A stretch of 64,000 bases of DNA, taken from contig CAWHMT010000004.1 of assembly GCA_963830455.1 (NCBI GenBank), forward strand, positions 114,644-178,643. Direction: 5' to 3'. The DNA is from an uncultured Gemmatimonadales bacterium (GTDB lineage: Bacteria; Gemmatimonadota; Gemmatimonadetes; Gemmatimonadales; GWC2-71-9). This document shows, one piece after another, positions 1 through 8,379 of this stretch; position 1 is the first letter of the stretch; every line of letters starts with the position of its first letter. The position numbers and the translations under genes were made by a program. Under the pieces are notes generated by a model, which ran no database searches, was not told the DNA's origin, and saw only the letters and a list, made by a program, of their open reading frames with translations.

Positions 1-1113
1 AATTATACCGCGTTCCGCAAGGTCATGGATCTGCACACCAATTCGTCCAACAATACGGTCTTCGCGGACGCCGAAGGCAACATCGCCTATTTCCACTCGA
101 ACTATATCCCGCGCCGCGATACGAGCTTCGATTGGACACAGCCGGTGGATGGCAGCAATCCTCGCACGGCATACAGCGGGGTGCTCTCGTTCGATCAGAC
201 GCCGAATGTCGTGAACCCAACCAGCGGCTGGGTCTACAACGCGAACAACTGGCCGTGGTCGGCGGCGGGAGTGGAAGGGAGTCCGAGTCGCGCGCAATAT
301 CCGCGGTACGTCGAGACAGGTACCGAGGAGACCGCACGGGGCTACCACGCCTTGCGCGTGCTCGCCGGGAAGTCGGACTGGACGATGAATTCGGTGCGCG
401 ACGCGGCGTTCGACAGCTACCTCCCTGCGTTCGAGCGCATGCTCCCGCCGCTGTTCGCCGCATACGACCAGGCAGACGACAGTCTCAGGCGCAAGCTCGC
501 CGAGCCGATCGCCACCCTGCGCGGGTGGGACTATCGCTGGGGCGCCGAATCGGTACCGACATCGGTCGCGGTATACTGGGGCGGATTCATCGCTCGGCGC
601 GTCGCGCGCGATGCCCGTACCGCCGGCATCTCATTCATGCAATACGTCGCGACGGCGCGCGCCCAGCCCACCGACCTCCTCGGCGCGTTGGGCGACGCCG
701 TCGACACTCTGACGGCGAATTTCGGGACGTGGAAAACGCCGTGGGGCACGATCAATCGATTCCAGCGCATCAGTGCCGAAATCGCTCCCCGCTTCGATGA
801 TGCGCAGCCGAGTATTCCAGTTCCGTTCACGGCGAGCGGGTGGGGTTCGCTGGCCGCGTTCGGGGCGCGTCCGTACCCCAATACCAAAAAGTGGTACGGG
901 ACCAGCGGCAACAGCTTCGTGGCGGTGGTGGAGTTCGGCGACAGCGTGCGGGCGAAGGCGGTCACAGCGGGCGGCGAGAGTGGCTCTCCGCGCTCACCGC
1001 ATTTCAACGACCAGGCCCAACGCTACGCGTCCGGCAACCTGCGCGATGTCTACTTCTACCGCTCCCAGCTCGTCGGTCACACGGAACGGGAGTATCACCC
1101 TGGCGAGCGTTAG
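1..1113 (+). CDS. Penicillin/cephalosporin acylase family (Ntn-hydrolase) protein, C-terminal portion; 5' end outside window
   Basis: Frame is open from nt 1 (NYTAFRKV precedes the first ATG at 25). Family-typical segments NTVFADAEGNIAYFHSNYIPRR, GWVYNANNWPW, GTSGNSFVAVVEF, GGESGSPRSPHFNDQ. Stop TAG 1111-1113. Confidence 0.8.
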   Translation, partial: NYTAFRKVMDLHTNSSNNTVFADAEGNIAYFHSNYIPRRDTSFDWTQPVDGSNPRTAYSGVLSFDQTPNVVNPTSGWVYNANNWPWSAAGVEGSPSRAQYPRYVETGTEETARGYHALRVLAGKSDWTMNSVRDAAFDSYLPAFERMLPPLFAAYDQADDSLRRKLAEPIATLRGWDYRWGAESVPTSVAVYWGGFIARRVARDARTAGISFMQYVATARAQPTDLLGALGDAVDTLTANFGTWKTPWGTINRFQRISAEIAPRFDDAQPSIPVPFTASGWGSLAAFGARPYPNTKKWYGTSGNSFVAVVEFGDSVRAKAVTAGGESGSPRSPHFNDQAQRYASGNLRDVYFYRSQLVGHTEREYHPGER

Positions 1114-3703
1114 GTCCGCGCTGCTCTGCATCGCGCTCGCTGGTGTAGCGACGCGCGCGTATGCCCAACAGCAGCTCGTCGTTCTCGACGCGAGCGGCGT
1201 GGTGCGCTGGCGCGAGACCAAACAGGAGGTGGCGCTGTTCGGCGCGAACTACGTCATCGGCGCATCGGACTACCGCGCGGGCGGCTACGTGCACGCCGAC
1301 CGCAAACGCATGGTCGATGAGGACATGGCGCAGTTCGCGCGCATGGGGTGGGACGGCCTGCGGCTCACGTTCTGGGGCGACTGGGAAGCGTCGGACAGCG
1401 CGGGCAATCTGCTCGCGAACGAGTATCTGGATTTGCTGGACTATTTGATCGCCCGCGCGCGCGAGCGCGGCATCTACATGCTGCTCAGCCCGATCCAGCT
1501 CTACAGCTCGACCTGGCCCGACGCCCTGGAGGATACGACCCCACCCGGGTTTGGACGGCGCTTCGGCAAAGGTCGCATGGGCACCGATTCACTCGCGATC
1601 AAAGCGCAGGTGAACTACCTGCGCCAGATCCTGAACCACGTGAATCCGTACACGCGGCTCGCATTGAAGGACGAGCCCAACATTCTCTTCATCGAGCTGG
1701 TGAACGAGCCGTGGCATCATCCCGAAGATCTGGCCGGCTCGATCCGCTACATCAACACGCTCACCGATGCGGTGCGCGGTACGGGCTGCCAGAAACTCGT
1801 GTTCTACAACGTCAGCCAGGACTTCCGGATTTCAGAAGCGATCCGCCGTTCGAAGGCGCAGGGCATCACATTCGGCTGGTATCCCACGGGGCTGAACGCG
1901 GGCCGTGAGCTCCAGGGCAACTATCTGCGCGGTACCGATGTGTTCCCCGACATGCTGCGCCCCGAGCTGGCCAAGCTGCCGCGCATCGTGTACGAGTTCG
2001 ACAGCCCAGACCTGCGCACCGGCACGATGTATCCCGCTATGACGCGTACGTTCCGCGCGGTGGGCGCGCAGTTCGCCGCCATGTTCTCCTACGACATGCT
2101 GGGCACGGCATCGCGCAACCTCGGCTGGCAGACGCACGCGCTCAACATGGTGTACACGGCGCGCAAATCGATGAGCGCGGTGATCGCCGCCGAAGCGATG
2201 CGGCGCCTGCCCCGCATGCGCGACTACGGAGCGTATCCGGCGAATACACGGTTTGGCGACTTCCATATCTCGTACGACGGCGATCTGGGCGAGCTCGTAG
2301 CGCGCGACGCGCTCATGTACACGAGCAACACGCCCGCCAAACCGCCCGAGCCCGCGTCGTTGCGACGCGTGTACGGACACGGCTCCTCATCGACCGTCAC
2401 CTATGGCGGAACCGGGATCTACTTTCTCGACAGGATCCGCCCCGGAGTGTGGCGGCTCGAGGTCTACCCCGACGCTGTGCCGGTCCGCGATCCATTCGAG
2501 TTGCCGAGCGTAGACAAGATCGCGACGCGGGCAATTCCGAGATCCTGGCCGATGACGATCTCACTTCCGGATTTGGGCGCGACGTTCACCGTCCAGCCCG
2601 TCACCGCCGGTAATGGAGAAACCTCGCGCGCGGTGGACGGCCGCTTTGTGCTTACGCCGGGTGTGTATGTGCTGAGCGCGAGCGGCGCGGTAGACCTCGC
2701 GACCATGCCCTCACGCGTGGGTCAAATCGGTTTCAAGGAGTACCACGCTCCGCCACGTGATACGGTCCCGCTCACGGTCATTTCGTTTGCGGCACCGCAA
2801 TATCTGGCTGGGCGAGATGCCGAGCTGCGCGCGCGCATCGTGGATCTGACACTTCCCGATTCAGCGCGGCTTTCGTTCCGCAGGGCCCCCGGCGGGGGGG
2901 GGAGATATCAACAAACTTGGATACGTCATGTGGCGGGGTATGAGTACGCCGCCAGGATTCCCGCCGCAGCGCTGCGGGAAGGACCATACCAATTCGTGAT
3001 CACCGTCTTCCAAGGTGCTGCGGCTACGACGTTTCCGGCTGCCTCCCCCGGCCAACCAACCGACTGGAACTACAACGATCGGGCGTCCTGGCCATTCGAC
3101 GTCGTGAGTCCTGCGACAGCACTGCGTTTATTCGATCCAGGGAGCGATGCTTCGCGCCTCGCATTTACCCGCATCGGAGACGCGGGACGGCGTGGGCTGT
3201 TCCGGGTCGGCATGTCTCCCGCGACGGGGCAGCCGGTCTTCCATCTCGAGCTGCCCGTCGACACGAGTGGCTGGAGCCCGCCTGACTACACCGCTTCGCT
3301 GGTGGTCAAGGACCGGATCGGCTCACGGCGTGAGACCATCACTGGCGCCAAGGAGCTTCGCCTACGGGTGCGGGGCCTCGGCGCGCGCCAGACGCTCCAC
3401 GTCACGCTGATGGAAGACGACGGCACCAGCTGGACCGCGCCCCTGACCCTGGACAGCACCTGGACCGAACAGGCCATGCCGCTCGCCAGTTTCCGGCCGG
3501 GACGCGGCGTACTGCTGCCTCAGGGGTTCCCTGGAGAATGGAACTACTGGGTGGGGCCCGCCGAGGGGCGGGGAGGCGCGGCCGACAAACCACGGCTGGA
3601 TCATCTCGAGAGGCTGCAGATTTCGGTGCGGCGCGAGGAGGGCGTGCGGCCTAAACCTGGCGACTACGGCGTCGAAGTTGAATTTGTTCTCTTGGCCTTC
3701 TGA
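1046..3703 (+). CDS. Secreted glycoside hydrolase, clan GH-A (GH5-like) TIM-barrel domain plus long C-terminal beta-rich region
   Basis: ORF track 773..3703, but the first ~110 codons overlap the acylase gene and are not credible. Signal peptide RSALLCIALAGVATRAYA/QQQ begins right at the acylase stop. Candidate starts are ATG 1046 or in-frame CTG 1100. MGWDGLRLTFWGDWE and FIELVNEPWHH (NEP acid/base-type motif) fit cellulase-like GH5. Confidence 0.55.
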   Translation: MSTSTAPSSSVTRNGSITLASVRSALLCIALAGVATRAYAQQQLVVLDASGVVRWRETKQEVALFGANYVIGASDYRAGGYVHADRKRMVDEDMAQFARMGWDGLRLTFWGDWEASDSAGNLLANEYLDLLDYLIARARERGIYMLLSPIQLYSSTWPDALEDTTPPGFGRRFGKGRMGTDSLAIKAQVNYLRQILNHVNPYTRLALKDEPNILFIELVNEPWHHPEDLAGSIRYINTLTDAVRGTGCQKLVFYNVSQDFRISEAIRRSKAQGITFGWYPTGLNAGRELQGNYLRGTDVFPDMLRPELAKLPRIVYEFDSPDLRTGTMYPAMTRTFRAVGAQFAAMFSYDMLGTASRNLGWQTHALNMVYTARKSMSAVIAAEAMRRLPRMRDYGAYPANTRFGDFHISYDGDLGELVARDALMYTSNTPAKPPEPASLRRVYGHGSSSTVTYGGTGIYFLDRIRPGVWRLEVYPDAVPVRDPFELPSVDKIATRAIPRSWPMTISLPDLGATFTVQPVTAGNGETSRAVDGRFVLTPGVYVLSASGAVDLATMPSRVGQIGFKEYHAPPRDTVPLTVISFAAPQYLAGRDAELRARIVDLTLPDSARLSFRRAPGGGGRYQQTWIRHVAGYEYAARIPAAALREGPYQFVITVFQGAAATTFPAASPGQPTDWNYNDRASWPFDVVSPATALRLFDPGSDASRLAFTRIGDAGRRGLFRVGMSPATGQPVFHLELPVDTSGWSPPDYTASLVVKDRIGSRRETITGAKELRLRVRGLGARQTLHVTLMEDDGTSWTAPLTLDSTWTEQAMPLASFRPGRGVLLPQGFPGEWNYWVGPAEGRGGAADKPRLDHLERLQISVRREEGVRPKPGDYGVEVEFVLLAF

Positions 3704-3894
3704 TAGGCGCGGTAGGCAAGCCATAACATCACGAGCCCGAACGCGAGCAACACGAACCCCCACCACAGGTTCACGTTGATGCCCAGCGAGCGCTGATAGA
3801 TCGCCTCATCGGAGAAAAACCCGTAGACGATCAGAATCGCTCCGACGATCGCGAACATTCCGCCGATCGGCAGCCGCACGTCGAGCTGGTCCAT
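3664..3894 (-). CDS. Small two-TM membrane protein co-transcribed with the Na+/solute symporter
   Basis: 76 aa with two hydrophobic helices (GGMFAIVGAILIVYGFF; WWGFVLLAFGLVMLWLAY). Its ATG shares one nt with the symporter TAA stop (TAATG). 3' end overlaps the convergent GH gene by 40 nt. Confidence 0.45.
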   Translation of the reverse strand: MDQLDVRLPIGGMFAIVGAILIVYGFFSDEAIYQRSLGINVNLWWGFVLLAFGLVMLWLAYRAYQKAKRTNSTSTP

Positions 3895-5543
3895 TACCAG
3901 AAGATCACGTTGAGAATGGTCGAGACCACCAGAATCGCCACCCCCAGCGTCACGGGCCGCTTATACCACGCCATGTGGCCCTCCTGCACGCGCGGGGTGA
4001 GCGAGTACACGAGCCCCCGCAGTTCCTCGTCGGACTTGGTGCGCTTGGTCATTAGCGAAACGACGATCGTCGCGATGAAACAGCCGGTCCACGCAAACAG
4101 CGCGGTCCAGAAGTTCAGCGCCATTTCGCTGGGGTAGATGTGCAGCGCCGCGCCCAGGAAGCCGCCTTTGATGCCTGGAGTCGCGCCCTGCGGCATCGTC
4201 AATCCGTAGTGCAGCGCAGCAGTGATCGTCCCGGTGAGCAACCCGTAAAACGCCCCGTGCCCCGTCGAGCGCTTCCAGAACATCCCCAGCAGGAACGTCG
4301 CAAACAGCGGTCCGTTCACAAACGAGAACACCAGCTGCAGCATGTCCAGAATGTTGTTGAACCGCGTCGCCGCGTACGCGGCGACGACGCTGGCGAGAAT
4401 GCCGAACACCGTCGCGGTATGGCCGACGCGCAGATAATGCCGGTCCGTCTGCCCCGGGCGGATATACGTCTGATAGATGTCGTACGTCCACACGGTATTG
4501 AACGCCGTGACGTTGCCCGCCATCCCCGACATGAACGACGCCATCAAGGCCGTGAGGCCGAGCCCCAGCAGTCCGGACGGTAGGTAATGACTGAGCAGCA
4601 TCGGGATGGCCATGTTGTAGTTTGGCTCGCCGTCGTTGCCGATGGGCAGGAATCCACCGCGCGTCGCGTGCATGCCGATCGCCAGCATGCCCGGCAGAAT
4701 CACGAGCGCCGGCATGAGCATCTTCGGGATCGCGGCGATGAGCGGCGTGCGCCGCGCCGCGGTCATCGACCCCGCGGCCATCGCACGCTGCACGACGAGA
4801 AAGTCCGTGCACCAGTAGCCAAACGACAGCGCGAACCCCAGCCCCATCACGAGGCCGAACCATTCCATCCCCATCGGATTGTGAGCGGGCGAGTCCATGT
4901 ACTTCCACGAGTGCGTCCACGCGCCCGGCTCGAATCCCGCGTTCGTTGCGACCGTCGCGAGCTTGGCGGTCAGCCCGCTCCACCCGCCCACGTCCTTGAG
5001 GCCGAGCAGCACGAGCGGGAGGAAACCAAGCACGATGAGGAAGAACTGCAGCACTTCATTGTAGATCGCCGACCTGAGGCCGCCGAGAAAAATGTACACC
5101 AGCACGATCACGCCCGTCACCACGATGCTCGCGTGAAAGTTCCAGCCCAGCACCAGCTCGAGCAGTTTGGCGAGCGCGTACATCGAGATGCCGGACGAGA
5201 AGACCGTCATGATCGCGAACGTGATCGCGTTGAGACCGCGGGTCTTTTCGTCGAAGCGCAGCTTCAGGTATTCGGGGACCGAGCGCGCGCGCGACCCGTA
5301 GTAGAACGGCATCATGAACAGCCCGACGAACACCATCGCGGGCATCGCGCCGACCCAATAAAAGTGGCTCGTCATGATGCCATACTTGGCGCCCGACGCC
5401 GCCATGCCGATGACTTCCTGGGCGCCCAGGTTGGCCGAGATGAACGCGAGGCCGGCGATCCACGCTGGAATCGACCGGCCCGAGAGGAAGAAGTCTTCGC
5501 TGCTACGAACGAAGCGTCTCAGTGCCCAGCCGATGCCGAGCAC
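3894..5543 (-). CDS. Sodium:solute symporter family (SGLT-like sugar transporter)
   Basis: 549-aa polytopic ORF with SSF-typical segments (FFLSGRSIPAWIAGLAFISANLGAQEV, GGLRSAIYNEVLQFF). First canonical start is GTG 5543, but in-frame upstream codons back to 5603 encode the expected first-TM residues (see findings). Confidence 0.85.
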   Translation of the reverse strand: MLGIGWALRRFVRSSEDFFLSGRSIPAWIAGLAFISANLGAQEVIGMAASGAKYGIMTSHFYWVGAMPAMVFVGLFMMPFYYGSRARSVPEYLKLRFDEKTRGLNAITFAIMTVFSSGISMYALAKLLELVLGWNFHASIVVTGVIVLVYIFLGGLRSAIYNEVLQFFLIVLGFLPLVLLGLKDVGGWSGLTAKLATVATNAGFEPGAWTHSWKYMDSPAHNPMGMEWFGLVMGLGFALSFGYWCTDFLVVQRAMAAGSMTAARRTPLIAAIPKMLMPALVILPGMLAIGMHATRGGFLPIGNDGEPNYNMAIPMLLSHYLPSGLLGLGLTALMASFMSGMAGNVTAFNTVWTYDIYQTYIRPGQTDRHYLRVGHTATVFGILASVVAAYAATRFNNILDMLQLVFSFVNGPLFATFLLGMFWKRSTGHGAFYGLLTGTITAALHYGLTMPQGATPGIKGGFLGAALHIYPSEMALNFWTALFAWTGCFIATIVVSLMTKRTKSDEELRGLVYSLTPRVQEGHMAWYKRPVTLGVAILVVSTILNVIFW

Positions 5544-5603
5544 GAAGACGAAATAAGTGATCAGGATGGCGTAATCGATCCCGCCAAGGCTGATTTGTCG
5601 CAG

Positions 5604-6032
5604 TTAGTGCGATCCCTTCGTCTTGATTTCAATCACGCCATTGGAGCCGCGCACGCCGTAGATCGAGGCGTCGGCGCCCTTGAGCGCCCGGATCGACTCG
5701 ACATCGTTCGGGCTGAGCCACGTCAACGTGCCCCGCTGCACTTCCGTGGGAACGCCGTCGATGACAAACAGCGGGTCCTGGCCCGACATGAAAGACGTCG
5801 GGCCCGCAAAGCGCACGACGATGCCGCCACCGGGTGTGGAATAAACGGTGACTCCGGAAATCCGGCCCGCCAGCATCTGATCGAGCGACTGCGCGCCCTG
5901 CCGCGCCGGTTCATCCGCCGTCACTACGTTCGGGGCCGGCAGGGGCGGTGCCGGCCGTGGCTCAGGCTCGCTCTTGTTCCCGGAACGGGAGCACGCGAGC
6001 AGCACGATGGAGACGATGGCCACAGTTTTCAT
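5604..6032 (-). CDS. Stand-alone TonB-dependent-receptor plug-domain lipoprotein
   Basis: Start taken at the internal ATG giving MKTVAIVSIVLLAC (lipobox). LDQMLAGRISGVTVY...DPLFVIDGVP...DVESIRALKGADASIYGVRGSNGVIEIKTKG is the SusC/TBDR plug signature. No beta-barrel follows. Confidence 0.7.
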   Translation of the reverse strand: MKTVAIVSIVLLACSRSGNKSEPEPRPAPPLPAPNVVTADEPARQGAQSLDQMLAGRISGVTVYSTPGGGIVVRFAGPTSFMSGQDPLFVIDGVPTEVQRGTLTWLSPNDVESIRALKGADASIYGVRGSNGVIEIKTKGSH

Positions 6033-6046
6033 AGGCCCCCCCCTGG

Positions 6047-6877
6047 TCACCTCAATATGCCGAATGTGAACACGGTGCGCGACCGGTACTCCGTCCCGGG
6101 CCGGAGAATCGTGGACGGAAACGACGGCTGGTTGGGCGAATCGGGAAAGTGCTGCGTCTCGAGGCATAAACCTCGGCTGTAGCCGGTGTAGAGCTGCATC
6201 CCCGGCTCCGTTGTCTGGACGTCGAGCGTCCGACCTGAGCGTGGCTCGACGACCCGTACGCCTCCCTTCAACACGAAGTTGTGATCGTAGCTCCCCCCGC
6301 GCCGCGATCCGATGGGCGTGAGCGCACGAAAATCGTACGGCGTTCCGGCAACCGGCGCGCGGACTCCCGTTGGAATCAAATGGTCATCCACAGCCGTGAT
6401 CGCGTCGGCATCGATCTGCAGTAAGTGATCCCTGACCTCTCCCTCGCCCGCGAGGTTGAAGTAGCTGTGCTGGGTCAGATTGACCGGCGTGGCCTTGTCC
6501 GTCGTCGCGAAGTATTCAGCGATGAGCTCGTTGTTATCGGTGAGCGTATACGTGACCCGCGCATCCAGATTCCCGGGGTAACCCTCTTCGCCATCCGGGC
6601 TCAGGTACCGCAGCTCGACGTTCGCTGCGCCGCACGTCGCACGCCACACGCGCTTATCGAATCCGATAACACCCCCGTGCAGATGGTTTGGGCCGTTGTT
6701 CGCGGCCAGCCGATACGTCTTCCCGTCGAGCGTGAATTGGGCGTTCGCGATGCGATTGGCGTATCGGCCCACGATCGCGCCGAGGTAACGCGGATTCGCC
6801 GCGTATTCTTCCGGCGTTTCGAACCCCAGCACGACATTGGCGCGGCGGCCGCCGCGATCCGGCACCAGCAGCGACAT
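6047..6877 (-). CDS. galM: Aldose 1-epimerase (galactose mutarotase)
   Basis: GRYANRIANAQFTLDGKTYRLAANNGPNHLHGG, FDKRVW, THPGFNL-type C-terminal region. The conserved N-terminal strand (FTISNAHGIAARITNYGG) is encoded in frame upstream of the first canonical start (see findings). Confidence 0.85.
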   Translation of the reverse strand: MSLLVPDRGGRRANVVLGFETPEEYAANPRYLGAIVGRYANRIANAQFTLDGKTYRLAANNGPNHLHGGVIGFDKRVWRATCGAANVELRYLSPDGEEGYPGNLDARVTYTLTDNNELIAEYFATTDKATPVNLTQHSYFNLAGEGEVRDHLLQIDADAITAVDDHLIPTGVRAPVAGTPYDFRALTPIGSRRGGSYDHNFVLKGGVRVVEPRSGRTLDVQTTEPGMQLYTGYSRGLCLETQHFPDSPNQPSFPSTILRPGTEYRSRTVFTFGILR

Positions 6878-6945
6878 GATGATGCCGCCGTAATTGGTGA
6901 TCCGCGCCGCGATCCCGTGCGCGTTGCTGATGGTAAAAACGTCGG

Positions 6946-8379
6946 CTACGGTCGTTTGCTCAGCTCGTAGATGTAGGCTCGACGCGGCGCGAGCGTCCGA
7001 GCGAGCGGCGTGCGTGACGTGTACTGCGCCGGCAGCGACACGTTGGTCACGTTCGTTTTCCCGAGATTCGCGACCACCAACACCGCGCGTGTACTGTCAG
7101 CGCGGATGTACGCCAGGACAGACTCGTTTCCCGATTCGACCGGGATCAGTTGACCGGACCGCAGCGCGCTGTTGGCCGTGCGTTGCGCGCCCAGGCGGCG
7201 GTACAGACGCAGCAATGAATTGGGATCGCGATCCTGGGCCGCGACATTGGCGGTGAGTGAATCGGGCTGCAGCGCTTCCCACGGTTTGCCGCTGGTGAAG
7301 CCTGCCGCTGCGCCTGTCGACCAGTGCATCGGCGTGCGCAGGCGCTCATCGGGCTTGTCACCCGTCATGCCGACCTCTTCACCGTAATAAATGAAGGGGA
7401 CGCCCGGAAGCGTCATCAGAATGATCGCGGCGAGCTTCGCGCCTGCGACGTCGTTGCCGAGGAACGTCATCGTGCGCGTCTGATCGTGATTGCGTTGAAA
7501 CGGCGCCCAGCGCCACGCGGGCTGTGCCGCCTGGAACTGCAGCACCGTCGAAATCAGCCGGCCCCCCCCCTTCCCCTCGCGTACCGCGTCCATGAGCGCA
7601 TCGGAAACAGGGAATGCGAAGTACGCGTCGAGCTGGTCGGGATAGTACGTGAGAATGTTTTCTGCGTTGTCCCAGACCTCGCCGATCGTGTAGGACTTCG
7701 GCGCCACGCTGCGGATGTACTGGCCATACTCGCGCAACGCCTTGTGGGTCGCACCCGTGTTGGCGTTCGAGTCACCCACTTCGATCAAGTGTCGAATGGC
7801 ATCGAGCCGGAACCCGTCCACGCCCAGTGAATCGAGCCAGTAGCGGGCCACCCACTTCGCCTCACCCATCACCGCGGGATGTGCGAAGTTCAGATCCGGC
7901 ATCCCGCTCCAGAACAAGCCGTAGTAGTACTCGTCGCGCACGGGTGATTTGTGCCAGTTGTTGCCGCCCGTCTTCGACCACAGGAACCAGTTCCGGTGCG
8001 GCGCCAGCGTGTCGCGCAACGCTTCCTGGAAGTATGGATGCTCGTTCGACACGTGATTCAGCACGAGATCGACCAGCACCTTGATGCCGCGCTCGTGGGC
8101 GGCTGCCATGAACGCCTTGAAATCGTCGTTCGTGCCGTAGTCGGGCTCGATCTTGTTGTAATTCGTGACGTCGTACCCGTGATAGCTCGGCGACTCGGCC
8201 ACGGGCATCAGCCAGATGCAATCGGCGCCAAGGCCCTTGATGTAGTCGAGCTTCTGCGTGAGACCGCGCAGGTCGCCGATCCCGTCGCCATCGCTGTCGT
8301 AGAACGAGCGCACGAACACTTCGTAGCAGAGCGTTGGCGGCGCCTGCATCAGCGCCGCGACCAGGATCAAGGTATGCAT
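6946..8379 (-). CDS. Alpha-amylase family (GH13) glycosidase
   Basis: EVFVRSFYDSDGDGIGDLRGLTQKLDYIKGLGADCIWLMP, VLVDLVLNHVS, GVDGFRLDAIRH, IGEVWD, FQRNHD are the GH13 conserved regions I-IV. Start set at ATG 8379 (MHTLILVAALMQ), which overlaps bglX by 13 nt rather than 112 nt. Confidence 0.85.
   Translation of the reverse strand: MHTLILVAALMQAPPTLCYEVFVRSFYDSDGDGIGDLRGLTQKLDYIKGLGADCIWLMPVAESPSYHGYDVTNYNKIEPDYGTNDDFKAFMAAAHERGIKVLVDLVLNHVSNEHPYFQEALRDTLAPHRNWFLWSKTGGNNWHKSPVRDEYYYGLFWSGMPDLNFAHPAVMGEAKWVARYWLDSLGVDGFRLDAIRHLIEVGDSNANTGATHKALREYGQYIRSVAPKSYTIGEVWDNAENILTYYPDQLDAYFAFPVSDALMDAVREGKGGGRLISTVLQFQAAQPAWRWAPFQRNHDQTRTMTFLGNDVAGAKLAAIILMTLPGVPFIYYGEEVGMTGDKPDERLRTPMHWSTGAAAGFTSGKPWEALQPDSLTANVAAQDRDPNSLLRLYRRLGAQRTANSALRSGQLIPVESGNESVLAYIRADSTRAVLVVANLGKTNVTNVSLPAQYTSRTPLARTLAPRRAYIYELSKRP

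Noticed and set aside
2894-2902. G9/C9 homopolymer tracts inside glycan-locus genes (2894-2902, 7562-7570, 11247-11255), considered as slipped-strand phase-variation switches.
   Set aside because: With G and C each near one third of bases, a rough composition-only estimate predicts several 9-mers per 64 kb on the two strands. All three simply encode Gly runs in frame, and there is no other evidence for contingency behaviour.
4587-6182. Very long ORFs antisense to, or out of frame with, recognised genes. Examples: 4587..6182 +, 8334..9413 +, 17320..18666 -, 19242..20144 -, 29235..30317 -, 46305..47100 +, 50522..51790 -.
   Set aside because: They are Arg/Gly/Pro/Ala-rich with no recognisable motifs and always overlap a gene with clear family signatures. 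Open shadow frames are expected at this G+C content.
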